DNA of 64,000 nt from Anaeromyxobacteraceae bacterium. Lineage in GTDB: Bacteria; Myxococcota; Myxococcia; Myxococcales; Anaeromyxobacteraceae. Of the stretch, positions 63,999-64,000 are shown in pieces. The stretch spans positions 640,001-704,000 of the forward strand of contig JASGHJ010000001.1 of assembly GCA_047602405.1 (NCBI GenBank). The letters are read 5' to 3'. Every line of letters starts with the position of its first letter. Positions within the stretch are counted from its first letter, which is position 1. The notes under the pieces are model-generated. The model saw only the letters and a list, made by a program, of their open reading frames with translations. It was not told the DNA's origin and searched no databases. The translations under genes and the position numbers were made by a program.

Positions 63999-64000
63999 GT

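Overview
High-GC DNA whose gene content suggests a myxobacterium (Anaeromyxobacter-like; inferred, not verified). Housekeeping blocks: three MacB-type permeases with lepB, lptCAB-rpoN-hpf-ptsN, kdsB-pyrG-kdsA-kdsC, rplU-rpmA-obgE-trmH and gatCAB-mtnA. These alternate with accessory regions: a YtrA/ABC/acyltransferase operon, two Ser/Thr kinases, a surface-lipoprotein cluster, and a variable region with SUFU, ISAs1 and HNH genes. The standout is a 2.8-kb element (3907-6694) bounded by inverted repeats and a TA duplication. It carries an IS5-family DDE transposase back-to-back with a large (646 aa) TnpB-like RuvC protein whose catalytic residues appear intact. The 3' end of the nuclease gene runs through a hairpin-rich region into the transposon end, making this a candidate RNA-guided nuclease/cut-and-paste transposon system. 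Other points: a complete ISAs1 element with a 10-bp TSD, a palindromic repeat family inserted in frame in two genes, a Kir-like channel with no selectivity filter, and tandem sigma54-type motifs beside the rpoN operon. There are four +1 frameshifts, three of them GATC->GAATC, which are probably sequencing artefacts. No rRNA, tRNA or CRISPR array was seen. All family assignments come from motif recognition, not database searches.
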